A stretch of DNA of 64,000 nt, taken from positions 32,001-96,000 of the forward strand of contig JANOQV010000105.1 in assembly GCA_031414955.1 (NCBI GenBank), given 5' to 3'. Positions 10,395-18,872 of this stretch are shown here, piece after piece. Within the stretch, counting starts at the first letter, position 1. Each line of letters opens with the position of its first letter. Made by a program: the position numbers and the translations under genes. Origin of the DNA: Pedosphaera sp. (GTDB lineage: Bacteria; Verrucomicrobiota; Verrucomicrobiia; Limisphaerales; SIBH01). The notes beneath the pieces were generated by a model. The model ran no database searches, was not told where the DNA came from, and saw only the letters and a list, made by a program, of their open reading frames with translations.

Positions 10395-11207
10395 ATGGCC
10401 TGGTCGAAAAAAAGAATCGCACTCGTCGCACTCCTGATCGTATGCGCTGCGAACAGCCTGTTGCTCGTGGCCATCCTCCTGGGGCAGCGTTGGCTGGCCC
10501 GCCCGCTCTTTCCCGCCGGAGCCGCGCGCTCCCTCATCGCCTACGAACCGTTCGACTATCCGTCCGACACCCTCCTCGAGGGCCAGGGCGGCGGGCATGG
10601 TTTTGCCGGCCCGTGGGAACCAGGTGGTTTCAACGTCGCCCGATCCGACGTCATCCAGATCAACCCCGGTGCGCTCACCTTCTCCAACCTCGCGACCACG
10701 GGCGCGAATCATCTCCGCATCGACGCGCCGCCGGAAGGCGATGCCTCCATCTGCGGACTGGCCCGACGGCTTGGCTCCGACCTCGCTGCGGCCGGGGGCA
10801 CGTATTATCTCAGCTTCCTCTACCGTCCCCTGGGCGAAGGCGGGTATGGCACCCTCGTGCTCGGAACGGGCCAGGGACGCGAGCTTTCGATGGGCAAATC
10901 CAGTTCCGGAGCTCAGTTTCACCTCTCGCAACGGGGCGGGACGGGGCGGGTCTTTTCCGATCAGGAAGTCATCGTGGGGCAGACGGTGTTCCTCGTGGTC
11001 AAGCTCGAGTTCCGCGACGGCCCGGACCGTTTCACCCTTCAGGTAAACCCTGCCCCCGGCCAACCCGAGCCGGCCGGCGGCTTCGTGAAAGAAGACCTCG
11101 ATCTCACCGCCGCCAGCCACCTGATGATCTATTCGCGCGCCGCCTGGAGCCTGGATGAACTCCGCCTCGGCACCTCTTGGGCCGCAGTGACTCCAGCACG
11201 CCATTAA
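10395..11207 (+). CDS. Membrane-anchored or secreted beta-sandwich hypothetical protein
   Basis: N-terminal hydrophobic helix; YEPFDYP...GGHGFAGPW...LDELRLGTSWAAVTP resembles PVC extracellular domains. Confidence 0.6.
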   Translation: MAWSKKRIALVALLIVCAANSLLLVAILLGQRWLARPLFPAGAARSLIAYEPFDYPSDTLLEGQGGGHGFAGPWEPGGFNVARSDVIQINPGALTFSNLATTGANHLRIDAPPEGDASICGLARRLGSDLAAAGGTYYLSFLYRPLGEGGYGTLVLGTGQGRELSMGKSSSGAQFHLSQRGGTGRVFSDQEVIVGQTVFLVVKLEFRDGPDRFTLQVNPAPGQPEPAGGFVKEDLDLTAASHLMIYSRAAWSLDELRLGTSWAAVTPARH

Positions 11208-11291
11208 CCTGGAGCCGGGAAGATCAGAGTCCAAGTCCGCTCGTCCGGTGTTGGGGAAAGATTCGCGACGTAGTATTGAGCCGTAGTTCTA

Positions 11292-11470
11292 AAAGCCTGT
11301 CTGAAAAATCGTTTGGGCGGCGCAGGCCACTGGCCCCGGAGTGCGCCCGTCCCCGGGCGCAGCCACTTGGCCAAGGCGGACGGTGTGGATTTTTCCAACG
11401 CGCTCGGCGTCATCACCTGGCTGCGCCCGAGGACGGGCGCACTCCGGGGCCGAATTTTCAGACCGGCTCT
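11292..11470. mobile_element. MITE-like element with a nested REP palindrome
   Basis: 20-bp terminal inverted repeats AAAGCCTGTCTGAAAAATCG / CGAATTTTCAGACCGGCTCT (3 mismatches) enclosing a 33-bp inner inverted repeat GCCCCGGAGTGCGCCCGTCC(C/T)CGGGCGCAGCCA. Confidence 0.7.
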
Positions 11471-11680
11471 CTGACTGAATTCAGACTTCTGCCCCCGATC
11501 CACTTCGATGTTCGCTGGGGTATAGAACTCAAACCTTGGCTTCACATGCTTGTTCCGCGTAACAGAAACTTCCCTTGTCCGACACATTTTCGTAACCTTT
11601 CACCGAACCCAAACATTCCAGAAGCCGTGCTCTGACTCTCAGCGCACTCTCTTTTGGAGCAGTGCAAAAACTCGAAAGCT

Positions 11681-13996
11681 ATGAAAACGTCCATGCATCC
11701 CTTGGGATGGAGCCGAACGCGGCCATCCTTTTCCCCTCGCAAAATCACCGCCACACTGCTCGCCGTATTGGCGCTCGGCGCGGCTTCCTTAACGGCCCGT
11801 GCGGCCAACATCCTGTGGGTCAGCGACGCGCCTCCAGGCACCGCGAACAACAGCGTGTTCTCCGGGCCAGGCACAAGTTTCACCGATCAGGGCTTTGTGA
11901 AACTGCTCCAGGACGCCGGGCACAACGTCAACCGCATGAACACCCCGGACAGCGGAGCGACCAACATCACGGTCGCGGAACTCGCGGCCATGAACACCAA
12001 TGACCTGATCATCGTGGGCCGCGCCGCGGGCAGCGCCGGGTGGCAAAACAACCAGGCCACGAACTGGAATCGCGATGTGACCCGGCCGGTCGTCATCATG
12101 AGTCCCTATCTGGTGCGCACCGACGGCAATCGCGTCGGCTGGTTTGGCGGCGGCAATGGCGTCCTGCCCGACTCCACCCCTGCGCCTTTGACTCCTGGCC
12201 TGTCCGGCCATCCGGTGATTGATTATATCTTCCAGGATGTCCCGACCAGCGGGACCAACACGACCGAGCTTTTCGAGGAACCGATGGACCGCAACACCAG
12301 CCTGATTGCGAATCCTCCGGTCGCCGGGGCTTTGGTCATCGCCACGGCCACGTTCGCCCGCGAGGACAATCTGGCCATCATCACCAATGCCAACGTCATC
12401 GTCGGTTTCCCGGCCGGGACAGTGGTGCGAGGCGGTTTTGATGTCCTCCCGGCCTACCGGATGTTTTGGGGCGGCGGCACGCGCGAATCGGCCACGGCCC
12501 TCAACGTCATTCCGCTCTACACCGGCCGCGAGAATCTCACGCCCACGGGCGAAAGGGTTTTCCTGCGCTCGATCGAGATCGCCTTGAACAGCGGCGTGGC
12601 CCCCACCACCAACGATGGCCCGGCGGGGATTTCCAGCCAACCGGCCAACGTCACGGTGCCGCAGGACACCGCGACCGCCTTCTCCGTGACTGCGACCGGC
12701 GCGACTCCGCGGCTCGTTTTCTGGCAGCGCGGCGATGGCGTGGGCGGTTTCACGAACATTCCCAACACGGAGAGCGTGCTGACCAAATCCACGTTAAAGA
12801 TTCCTGTAGCCGGGCTGACGGACAGTGGCGCGCAGTTTCAAGCCGTGGTTTCCAACTCCCTGATCATGGCGACCAGCGACGTGGTGACACTGACGGTGAC
12901 CGCCGACACGGATGCGCCCCTGGTGCTGGGCGCGGCCAGCCTGGACGGCCTGAACATCGTGGTCTGTTACAATGAACTGGTGCAGCCGGGCACCGCCGGC
13001 GACGCCGGCAATTACCAGATCAACGGCGGCCTGGGACCGGATGTGTCCCTAGCCACCATGCGCCCCGACGGACGCTCGGTGAATCTGCTCCTGCTTAGCC
13101 CCATGGGCAGCACGGCCACGGTGGACGTGCTGGCGCGGAGCGACAACAACGGCAACTTCTCCGCCGATCCGGTGACCCTGACGGCCACGAATTACGGGCT
13201 GACCGGCGTCGATGTCGGGGTGCTCAATCCCGTGGGCGCGAACGTGGCCTGCGACGCGAACAGCTTCAGCGTGACCGGCGGCGGTCTGGACATGGCCAGC
13301 ACGGCGGACTTCCTTCGCTTCGTGTACAAGAACATCACCGGTCCCTTCGACGCGCGGGTGCGGGTCGTCTCGTTCGTGGGCACCAACGACCACTTCGAGA
13401 CCACGGCCAAGGCGGCGCTCACCGCGCGTGAAACCACGGCCAACAACTCCACGGCGGTGAACATTTTTATCACGCCAGCCGCTCCGGGAGACAACAACAT
13501 CGTCTCAAACTTCCGCGGCGCGATCGCCGCCGTTACGAACTCGCTGGGCGCGAGCGTCCCGCGCACGACCTCGAACACCTGGTTGCGCATCCGCCGCGTG
13601 GGCAGCGCCTTCACCACCTACCACAGCACCAACGGCACGGACTGGGTGACCTACGGCACGGCCACGACGGTGTTCGGTCCCACCATGAGCGTCGGCGTCG
13701 GCGTGGTCTCGCACCGTAACGGCAAGGTCGTCACCGGCACTTTCAGCGATTTCACCATCGTACCGGTGCTGCTCCCGACCATGCTGACCAACTCGGTGCC
13801 GGGCGTCGGCACCTTCACCTCGTCCTTCCAGACGCAGAATGGATTCAGCTACACGGTGGAATACAAGGATGACCTGAACCTGGTCCCGTGGACTTGGCTG
13901 GAAACCATCCCCGGCGACGGCACGCTCAAGACCTTCACCGATCTCGGCCCGGCTTCGCTGACCGGCACGCGCGTGTATCGGGTCAACGCGCAATAA
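11681..13996 (+). CDS. Large secreted protein with Ig-like domains, a ConA/DUF1349-like lectin domain and a Verrucomicrobia-type C-terminal module
   Basis: Signal peptide ending ARAA; ISSQPANVTV...DSGAQFQAVVSN (Ig); WLRIRRVGSAFTTYHSTNGTDW; C-terminal YTVEYKDDL..W...YRV. Confidence 0.75.
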   Translation: MKTSMHPLGWSRTRPSFSPRKITATLLAVLALGAASLTARAANILWVSDAPPGTANNSVFSGPGTSFTDQGFVKLLQDAGHNVNRMNTPDSGATNITVAELAAMNTNDLIIVGRAAGSAGWQNNQATNWNRDVTRPVVIMSPYLVRTDGNRVGWFGGGNGVLPDSTPAPLTPGLSGHPVIDYIFQDVPTSGTNTTELFEEPMDRNTSLIANPPVAGALVIATATFAREDNLAIITNANVIVGFPAGTVVRGGFDVLPAYRMFWGGGTRESATALNVIPLYTGRENLTPTGERVFLRSIEIALNSGVAPTTNDGPAGISSQPANVTVPQDTATAFSVTATGATPRLVFWQRGDGVGGFTNIPNTESVLTKSTLKIPVAGLTDSGAQFQAVVSNSLIMATSDVVTLTVTADTDAPLVLGAASLDGLNIVVCYNELVQPGTAGDAGNYQINGGLGPDVSLATMRPDGRSVNLLLLSPMGSTATVDVLARSDNNGNFSADPVTLTATNYGLTGVDVGVLNPVGANVACDANSFSVTGGGLDMASTADFLRFVYKNITGPFDARVRVVSFVGTNDHFETTAKAALTARETTANNSTAVNIFITPAAPGDNNIVSNFRGAIAAVTNSLGASVPRTTSNTWLRIRRVGSAFTTYHSTNGTDWVTYGTATTVFGPTMSVGVGVVSHRNGKVVTGTFSDFTIVPVLLPTMLTNSVPGVGTFTSSFQTQNGFSYTVEYKDDLNLVPWTWLETIPGDGTLKTFTDLGPASLTGTRVYRVNAQ

Positions 13997-14030
13997 GCTA
14001 GCCAACCCAGTTGGGACCAACCACTTCGTC

Positions 14031-14064
14031 ACGCCGCGCCCCTCGGGGCGCGGCGTTTTGCTTT
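14031..14064 (+). terminator. Rho-independent terminator
   Basis: ACGCCGCGCCCC-TC-GGGGCGCGGCGT followed by TTTGCTTT. Confidence 0.7.
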
Positions 14065-14160
14065 CCAGACCGAGGCGGGCCATTGGTTCCTGATGGCCCC
14101 GCAATTCCCCTACGCCGAGACCGGGGTTGCAGCGCGGCGGTCTTTCGCTAACCTGCGCGC

Positions 14161-14766
14161 GTGCCGGGCCAGCAAATTTTTCATCTTCGCCGCGTGTTCC
14201 TAACCGCGTTTCTCGGCGTCATTCTCCTGGCCTTTCCAAAACTTCAAGCCACCAGCGTGCGCGCTCCGGGCTTCCACGCGCTGGTGGATCGCGCCGAACT
14301 TATCTTCACCGGCCAGATGCTCTCGCAGCACTGCGAGTGGCGCGTCCTCGAAGGGCGGCGCAGCATCGTCACGCTGGTGTCGTTCGGCGTGGAAAGGTGG
14401 CACAAGGGTGTGTCCCCGGCGGTGGTCACGTTGCAATTCCTCGGCGGCACGATGGGCGAGATCACTTTGAGTGTGTCGGAGATGCCAAGGTTCAAGACCG
14501 GCGAACGCACCGTGCTCTTCGTCGAAGGCAACGGGGTGACGGCCTGCCCGGTGATTGGGTTTTATCACGGACGCTTCTCGCTGAAGCGCGATGACTCAGG
14601 CCGCGAGATCGTGCTCAAGCACGATGGTGAACCGCTGACCGAAACCAGCGGCGCGGGCCAGGACAAGGCGGTGAAGCAAGCACCGTCCGCGCCCCGCCCG
14701 GCCCTGTCACACGACGAATTTTCCACCGTGGTCCGTGCCCGCGTCGCCGCCGCGCCTCGCCCTTGA
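14161..14766 (+). CDS. Secreted hypothetical protein, partner of the downstream metalloprotease
   Basis: Signal peptide; LVDRAELIFTG...FLGGTMG...MPRFKTGERTVLF resembles the pro-domain-like module seen with matrixins. Confidence 0.65.
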   Translation: MPGQQIFHLRRVFLTAFLGVILLAFPKLQATSVRAPGFHALVDRAELIFTGQMLSQHCEWRVLEGRRSIVTLVSFGVERWHKGVSPAVVTLQFLGGTMGEITLSVSEMPRFKTGERTVLFVEGNGVTACPVIGFYHGRFSLKRDDSGREIVLKHDGEPLTETSGAGQDKAVKQAPSAPRPALSHDEFSTVVRARVAAAPRP

Positions 14767-14768
14767 CC

Positions 14769-15878
14769 ATGAAACAGCTTGCTGTCATCGCCTTGCTCTT
14801 CCTCGGGTGCTCCGCCCGCGTGGCGCACGGCTACGACTTCCTCGGCCTGCGCCCGCTCAAGTGGGAGCCGGGCAGCATCGCGATGGATTTGCAACTCAAC
14901 GCCACCCAGCCGCCGGAACCTTTGCGCGATGGCCGCAGTTCGTGGAATTCCGTCGCGCAGTCGGCCCTCGGACTCTGGAACGCGCGCCTCTCCCAGGTGC
15001 GATTCACCACCTTCACGGACAACACGCACGGCCAAGGCAACCGCAAGAACGAGGTCTTTTTCAGCCCCACGATTTACGGGCACGCCTTCGGACGGGATGT
15101 GCTGGCCGTGACCACGGTCTGGCGCGTCGGCCGCGCGCGCGTCGAAGCGGACACCATTTTCAACACTGCCATCGACTGGAACTCCTACCGGGGCGAACTC
15201 GGCGTCAGCAGCATGGATCTGCGCCGCGTGGCCCTCCATGAGTTCGGTCACACGCTCGGGCTGGACCATCCCGATCAGGCCCGGCAGATCCGCGTCGCGA
15301 TCATGAACAGCACCATTTCCGATCTCGACACCCTGGCCACCGACGACATCCGCGGCGTGCGCGGCCTCTATCCGTCGTTTGACCGCTACGTGCTCGACCT
15401 ACAGGTGCTCTCGACCGGACGGGGCGTCATCCTGGCCGATCCCGCGCCCGGCCCGGACGGCAAATATCCCGCCGGCCAGATCGTCACGCTCACGGCCCGG
15501 CCGCGCCGGGGCAACCGCTTCAACTATTGGGACACGACCTCCGACCCCACCCGCCGGACCATCCGGGTGCAAGTGGTCGAGAACGAAACCATTCGCGCCG
15601 ACTTCTCCACCAATCGCGCCCCGCTCATCACGGTGCAGCCCCGGGGGAAACTCGCCTCCTACGCCGAGACGGTGAGCTTCCGCGTGGCCGCGTTGAACGC
15701 CACCGGCGCGAGCCACCAATGGCAGTATAATCATGTCGATCTTCGTAATGCCACGAATGCCTCGCTGGTGTTGTATCTCGTGACTCATGGCGACTCAGGA
15801 CTCTACTCCTGCCGCGTCACCACGCCGCGCGGCTCCACGCAGAGCCGGTCCGCGCGGCTGGTTGTGGACGGCTATTGA
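14769..15878 (+). CDS. Matrixin-like (M10) zinc metalloprotease with C-terminal repeat and Ig domains
   Basis: HEFGHTLGLDH zinc motif, Met-turn AIMNS, DDIRGVRGLY; C-terminal Ig DSGLYSCRV. Confidence 0.9.
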   Translation: MKQLAVIALLFLGCSARVAHGYDFLGLRPLKWEPGSIAMDLQLNATQPPEPLRDGRSSWNSVAQSALGLWNARLSQVRFTTFTDNTHGQGNRKNEVFFSPTIYGHAFGRDVLAVTTVWRVGRARVEADTIFNTAIDWNSYRGELGVSSMDLRRVALHEFGHTLGLDHPDQARQIRVAIMNSTISDLDTLATDDIRGVRGLYPSFDRYVLDLQVLSTGRGVILADPAPGPDGKYPAGQIVTLTARPRRGNRFNYWDTTSDPTRRTIRVQVVENETIRADFSTNRAPLITVQPRGKLASYAETVSFRVAALNATGASHQWQYNHVDLRNATNASLVLYLVTHGDSGLYSCRVTTPRGSTQSRSARLVVDGY

Positions 15879-15954
15879 CCGGCTGCGCGCCTGGTTGGGA
15901 GGCAGGGCTTTTCGCTCCTCCGCGCCGCCCGCTGTCTCCGCCGCTTCCCGTCTC

Positions 15955-16425
15955 GTGAAACGCTGCGCCGATGGCAGCGTGGTGGAATTTGGTCGCGGAC
16001 GCTTCGATGACTGGTGCGTTTACGTGCGCCGGCCCGGAGGCGAACGCCGCGCGCCGCGCGACGTCGATTACTTCTCGGAGTTGAAGCAGTTGCACGCGCA
16101 ACACCCCGGGCTGCACGACGACTTCATCACCGTGTTCATGGCGACCGGGAAGGCAATCGATCCCGTCGTCAGCGAACGCATTTCCGAACTGGCCGGATCG
16201 TATCCCGCCCCCCTGCGCACCGACCTCGAGGTGCTGCTGGCCACGCTATACGCCGCCATGATCGCCGAGGAAAACCGCGCCCACGCCCCGCTCGGCAAAC
16301 GCATCAAGCGACTCGGCGTGCATCAGGTGCTGGTGGAAGGAATGCCGGTGGAGGAGGCCGCGAACTTCAGCCGGGGCAAACCGTGGCGGGAATTGGAGCA
16401 GATCTGCGTAGCGCGCGGGTTTTAG
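15955..16425 (+). CDS. Hypothetical protein (start uncertain), convergent with the nuclease/methyltransferase locus
   Basis: Good codon usage; motif-like GRFDDWCVY, AAMIAEENR, LGKRIKRLGVHQVL, AANFSRGKPWREL. Confidence 0.7.
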   Translation: MKRCADGSVVEFGRGRFDDWCVYVRRPGGERRAPRDVDYFSELKQLHAQHPGLHDDFITVFMATGKAIDPVVSERISELAGSYPAPLRTDLEVLLATLYAAMIAEENRAHAPLGKRIKRLGVHQVLVEGMPVEEAANFSRGKPWRELEQICVARGF

Positions 16426-16452
16426 CAGGCGTTGGCAGCCGGAGAAAAACAG

Positions 16453-16576
16453 GGTCTCGCGAAGGCGGCAAAGGAGGCGAAGGAGAAAATAAAGTCCTCC
16501 TTGATTGCGCCCGCAACTGAACGAGTGAAGTTTTCCGACACCGCCTCCTCAATTCCTTCGCCGCCTTCGCGAGACC
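16453..16576. repeat. Intergenic inverted repeat between convergent genes
   Basis: GGTCTCGCGAAGGCGGCAAAGGA (16453-16475) vs TCCTTCGCCGCCTTCGCGAGACC (16554-16576), 1 mismatch in 23. Confidence 0.8.
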
Positions 16577-16601
16577 ATCCCTTGCCGTTTCACATTTCCG
16601 A

Positions 16602-17000
16602 CTACTCCAGCGGCAGCCCGAAGTAGAGCCGCAGCCACGGCTCCAGTTCCTCGAACTCGACCGCCTTGCCCGTGGAGACGAGGAACGAGCGCATGTTGTC
16701 CGAGAAACCCGTGCCGGCGAAGACCACCAGGCCGGGGATGGGCCAGGCCTCGATGTCCTTGATCGTGGCCGGGATTTTTTCCTCCGCGCTGCCGACCACG
16801 GATTGGAATTTGCATTCGAGTCCGAGTGTCTTGCGTGACCCGGGATGAATGAGCACCACGTCGATGTGGCGCACCGCGCCCCAGATGCGGCGGGCCACCC
16901 GGACCTGCTCGCGCGCTTCCAGTCCAAGTTCCTGGCCGAGCGCCACCACGGCCTTGGCCAGCCCGTCTCCATTCTGAACTGCAAGCGCGCGTCCGGCCAT
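16602..17000 (-). CDS. Small PD-(D/E)XK nuclease superfamily protein
   Basis: RHIDVVL...GLECKFQSVVGSAEEKIP (D...ExK); downstream of a DNA methyltransferase. Confidence 0.8.
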   Translation of the reverse strand: MAGRALAVQNGDGLAKAVVALGQELGLEAREQVRVARRIWGAVRHIDVVLIHPGSRKTLGLECKFQSVVGSAEEKIPATIKDIEAWPIPGLVVFAGTGFSDNMRSFLVSTGKAVEFEELEPWLRLYFGLPLE

Positions 17001-17001
17001 G

Positions 17002-17808
17002 TCAGTCTTCCGCTCTGAAAATATGAAGCTGGTGCCTCATCCCACTTTCGAGCAACCAAATCTCATCCTCTCCGTTAACAACTTCGAGGATCGTCTCAAC
17101 AAATAATTTCTCAAAGAACCAGCGAATCTGTGCTGCCCTGCATTCCGCTTCGTTCATGTCTTTTCCGCTCCCACACGGAAAAATAAACCTTACAACTGCC
17201 GTGGTTTCATCAACCAGGTACCGATTAACGCCAACAGCTTCCGCTTCCACAATTTCCCTTCTGCTCTTGAGGTTTCCAACCTTGAAACGACCGCTGACGT
17301 GACTAATGGAATACCCGCCGAAAACGTCGGAGATCCACTTGCATAGTCGTTCGAGGAATTCGTCATTGGTTTCGTCTTTCCGAGGAAACTGAGCTTCGAG
17401 CTTGTCGAATCCGATAGCTTTTAGCCGGGGAACAACTGCGTCTTTGAAGAACAAAGAATCGAGAGCCGACTTAAGCCATTCCTCATTTCGTAATGGCATG
17501 AAGAATTCAAATAGCAGGACATGGTTGTAGCAAATGGCCTGGTATTTGCGCCGGAAGCGGCGCTTCTGCGTGGCAATCTCGTCTCGAAATTTCGGCCAAG
17601 TGAATTGCCGGAACGCTAGAATTACCCGAAACGTGTTCCCCGGGCGTGGCTCAAGAAGTGACCTGAATTGTTTTGACAGATAAGTGTCGAAAGAACTCCG
17701 ACTGAACCCCGTCGCGGCACGAAACTCATCCAGCGTAAACGGCTCCTGAGTGATGCAGCGTTGGTGCAAAAAATCGAACGCTTTGTGATGGTCAGATCCG
17801 AGTGTCAT
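17002..17808 (-). CDS. Low-GC hypothetical protein with possible N-terminal winged helix
   Basis: 268-aa ORF, ATGA-coupled to the methyltransferase, stop 1 nt before the nuclease start; visibly AT-richer than flanks. Confidence 0.7.
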   Translation of the reverse strand: MTLGSDHHKAFDFLHQRCITQEPFTLDEFRAATGFSRSSFDTYLSKQFRSLLEPRPGNTFRVILAFRQFTWPKFRDEIATQKRRFRRKYQAICYNHVLLFEFFMPLRNEEWLKSALDSLFFKDAVVPRLKAIGFDKLEAQFPRKDETNDEFLERLCKWISDVFGGYSISHVSGRFKVGNLKSRREIVEAEAVGVNRYLVDETTAVVRFIFPCGSGKDMNEAECRAAQIRWFFEKLFVETILEVVNGEDEIWLLESGMRHQLHIFRAED

Positions 17809-18761
17809 ATCGCCTTTTTGCCTTCACCTGTCAGCTCAGGGTGGAGTATTGAGGCCTCCTTCATGCGTTTGATGGCAACCCGAACGTGATTTTCATCCAA
17901 CTCGATACCGATGAAGTCACGGTCCAATTGAACACAAGCGACACCAGACGTTCCCGCGCCCATGAACGGGTCCAGCACAATCGCCCCCTTGTTTGTAGAG
18001 GCTTTGAGGCACAACTCGATAAGCGCGATGGGTTTTTGAGTGGGGTGCTTTCCAAAAACCTTTTCGCGCTTCGGCGGAGCGGCAATTTTCCAGACTGATT
18101 TCATCTGCTTTCCCGCGTTCAGCCGCTTCATGTCCTGGTAGTTGAAAAGATGCTTACTCTTCTCGTTCTTTGCCGCCCAGAGAATCGTCTCGGTCGAGTG
18201 CGTGAAGTAACGGCAGGAGAGGTTCGGCGGCGGGTTGGGTTTTTCCCACGCGATGTCGTTCAGGATTTTCATCCCGAGCTGCTGCATGGCGTAGCCGACG
18301 GAGAAAATGACGTGCTGCGTGCCGGTGACCCAGATCGTGCCGTTGGGCTTGAGCACGCGCTGGCAGCGGCGCAGCCACTCGGTGTTGAACTCGTGGTTCA
18401 GCTCCGGCCCCTTCGACTTGTCCCAGTCGCCCTTGTCCACCTTGACCATCTTGCCGGCGTGGCAGGTGATGCCGCCGTTGGAGAGGAAGTAGGGCGGATC
18501 GGCGAAGATGCAGTCGAAGCAGCCGTCGGGAAATTTCTCGTGCATGGCGTCGAGCACTTCCAGTGAATTGCCCTGCACCAGCGCGGCCCCGCCGATCTCG
18601 GCGCGCAGATGCGTTCGCACCACCTCGAGAATTTGGGGCCAGCCGGGAAACTGGGCCGGGGTCTTGCCGCGTTTGAGCACGCGCGACGATACAGTCGCCG
18701 CGCGCGGCGGGTGCAAGAGAAATGAGCGCAGGCGCGCGACCCCAGGCTCATCGGGAGACAT
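17805..18761 (-). CDS. Beta-class N6-adenine/N4-cytosine DNA methyltransferase (DpnA-like); start uncertain
   Basis: IFADPPYFLSNGG before KHPTQKP and VLDPFMGAGTSG (motif order IV then I). Confidence 0.92.
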   Translation of the reverse strand: MSPDEPGVARLRSFLLHPPRAATVSSRVLKRGKTPAQFPGWPQILEVVRTHLRAEIGGAALVQGNSLEVLDAMHEKFPDGCFDCIFADPPYFLSNGGITCHAGKMVKVDKGDWDKSKGPELNHEFNTEWLRRCQRVLKPNGTIWVTGTQHVIFSVGYAMQQLGMKILNDIAWEKPNPPPNLSCRYFTHSTETILWAAKNEKSKHLFNYQDMKRLNAGKQMKSVWKIAAPPKREKVFGKHPTQKPIALIELCLKASTNKGAIVLDPFMGAGTSGVACVQLDRDFIGIELDENHVRVAIKRMKEASILHPELTGEGKKAI

Positions 18762-18872
18762 ATTTTGCCTGGGTTTGAACTTCCTCAGAATTTTTCTTCT
18801 CGCCACTCGTCGGTTTAATTCGGAGAAATTGACGCTCTCGCTCCCAAGGGGAGCCGGTGTGAGCAGTCTTCA

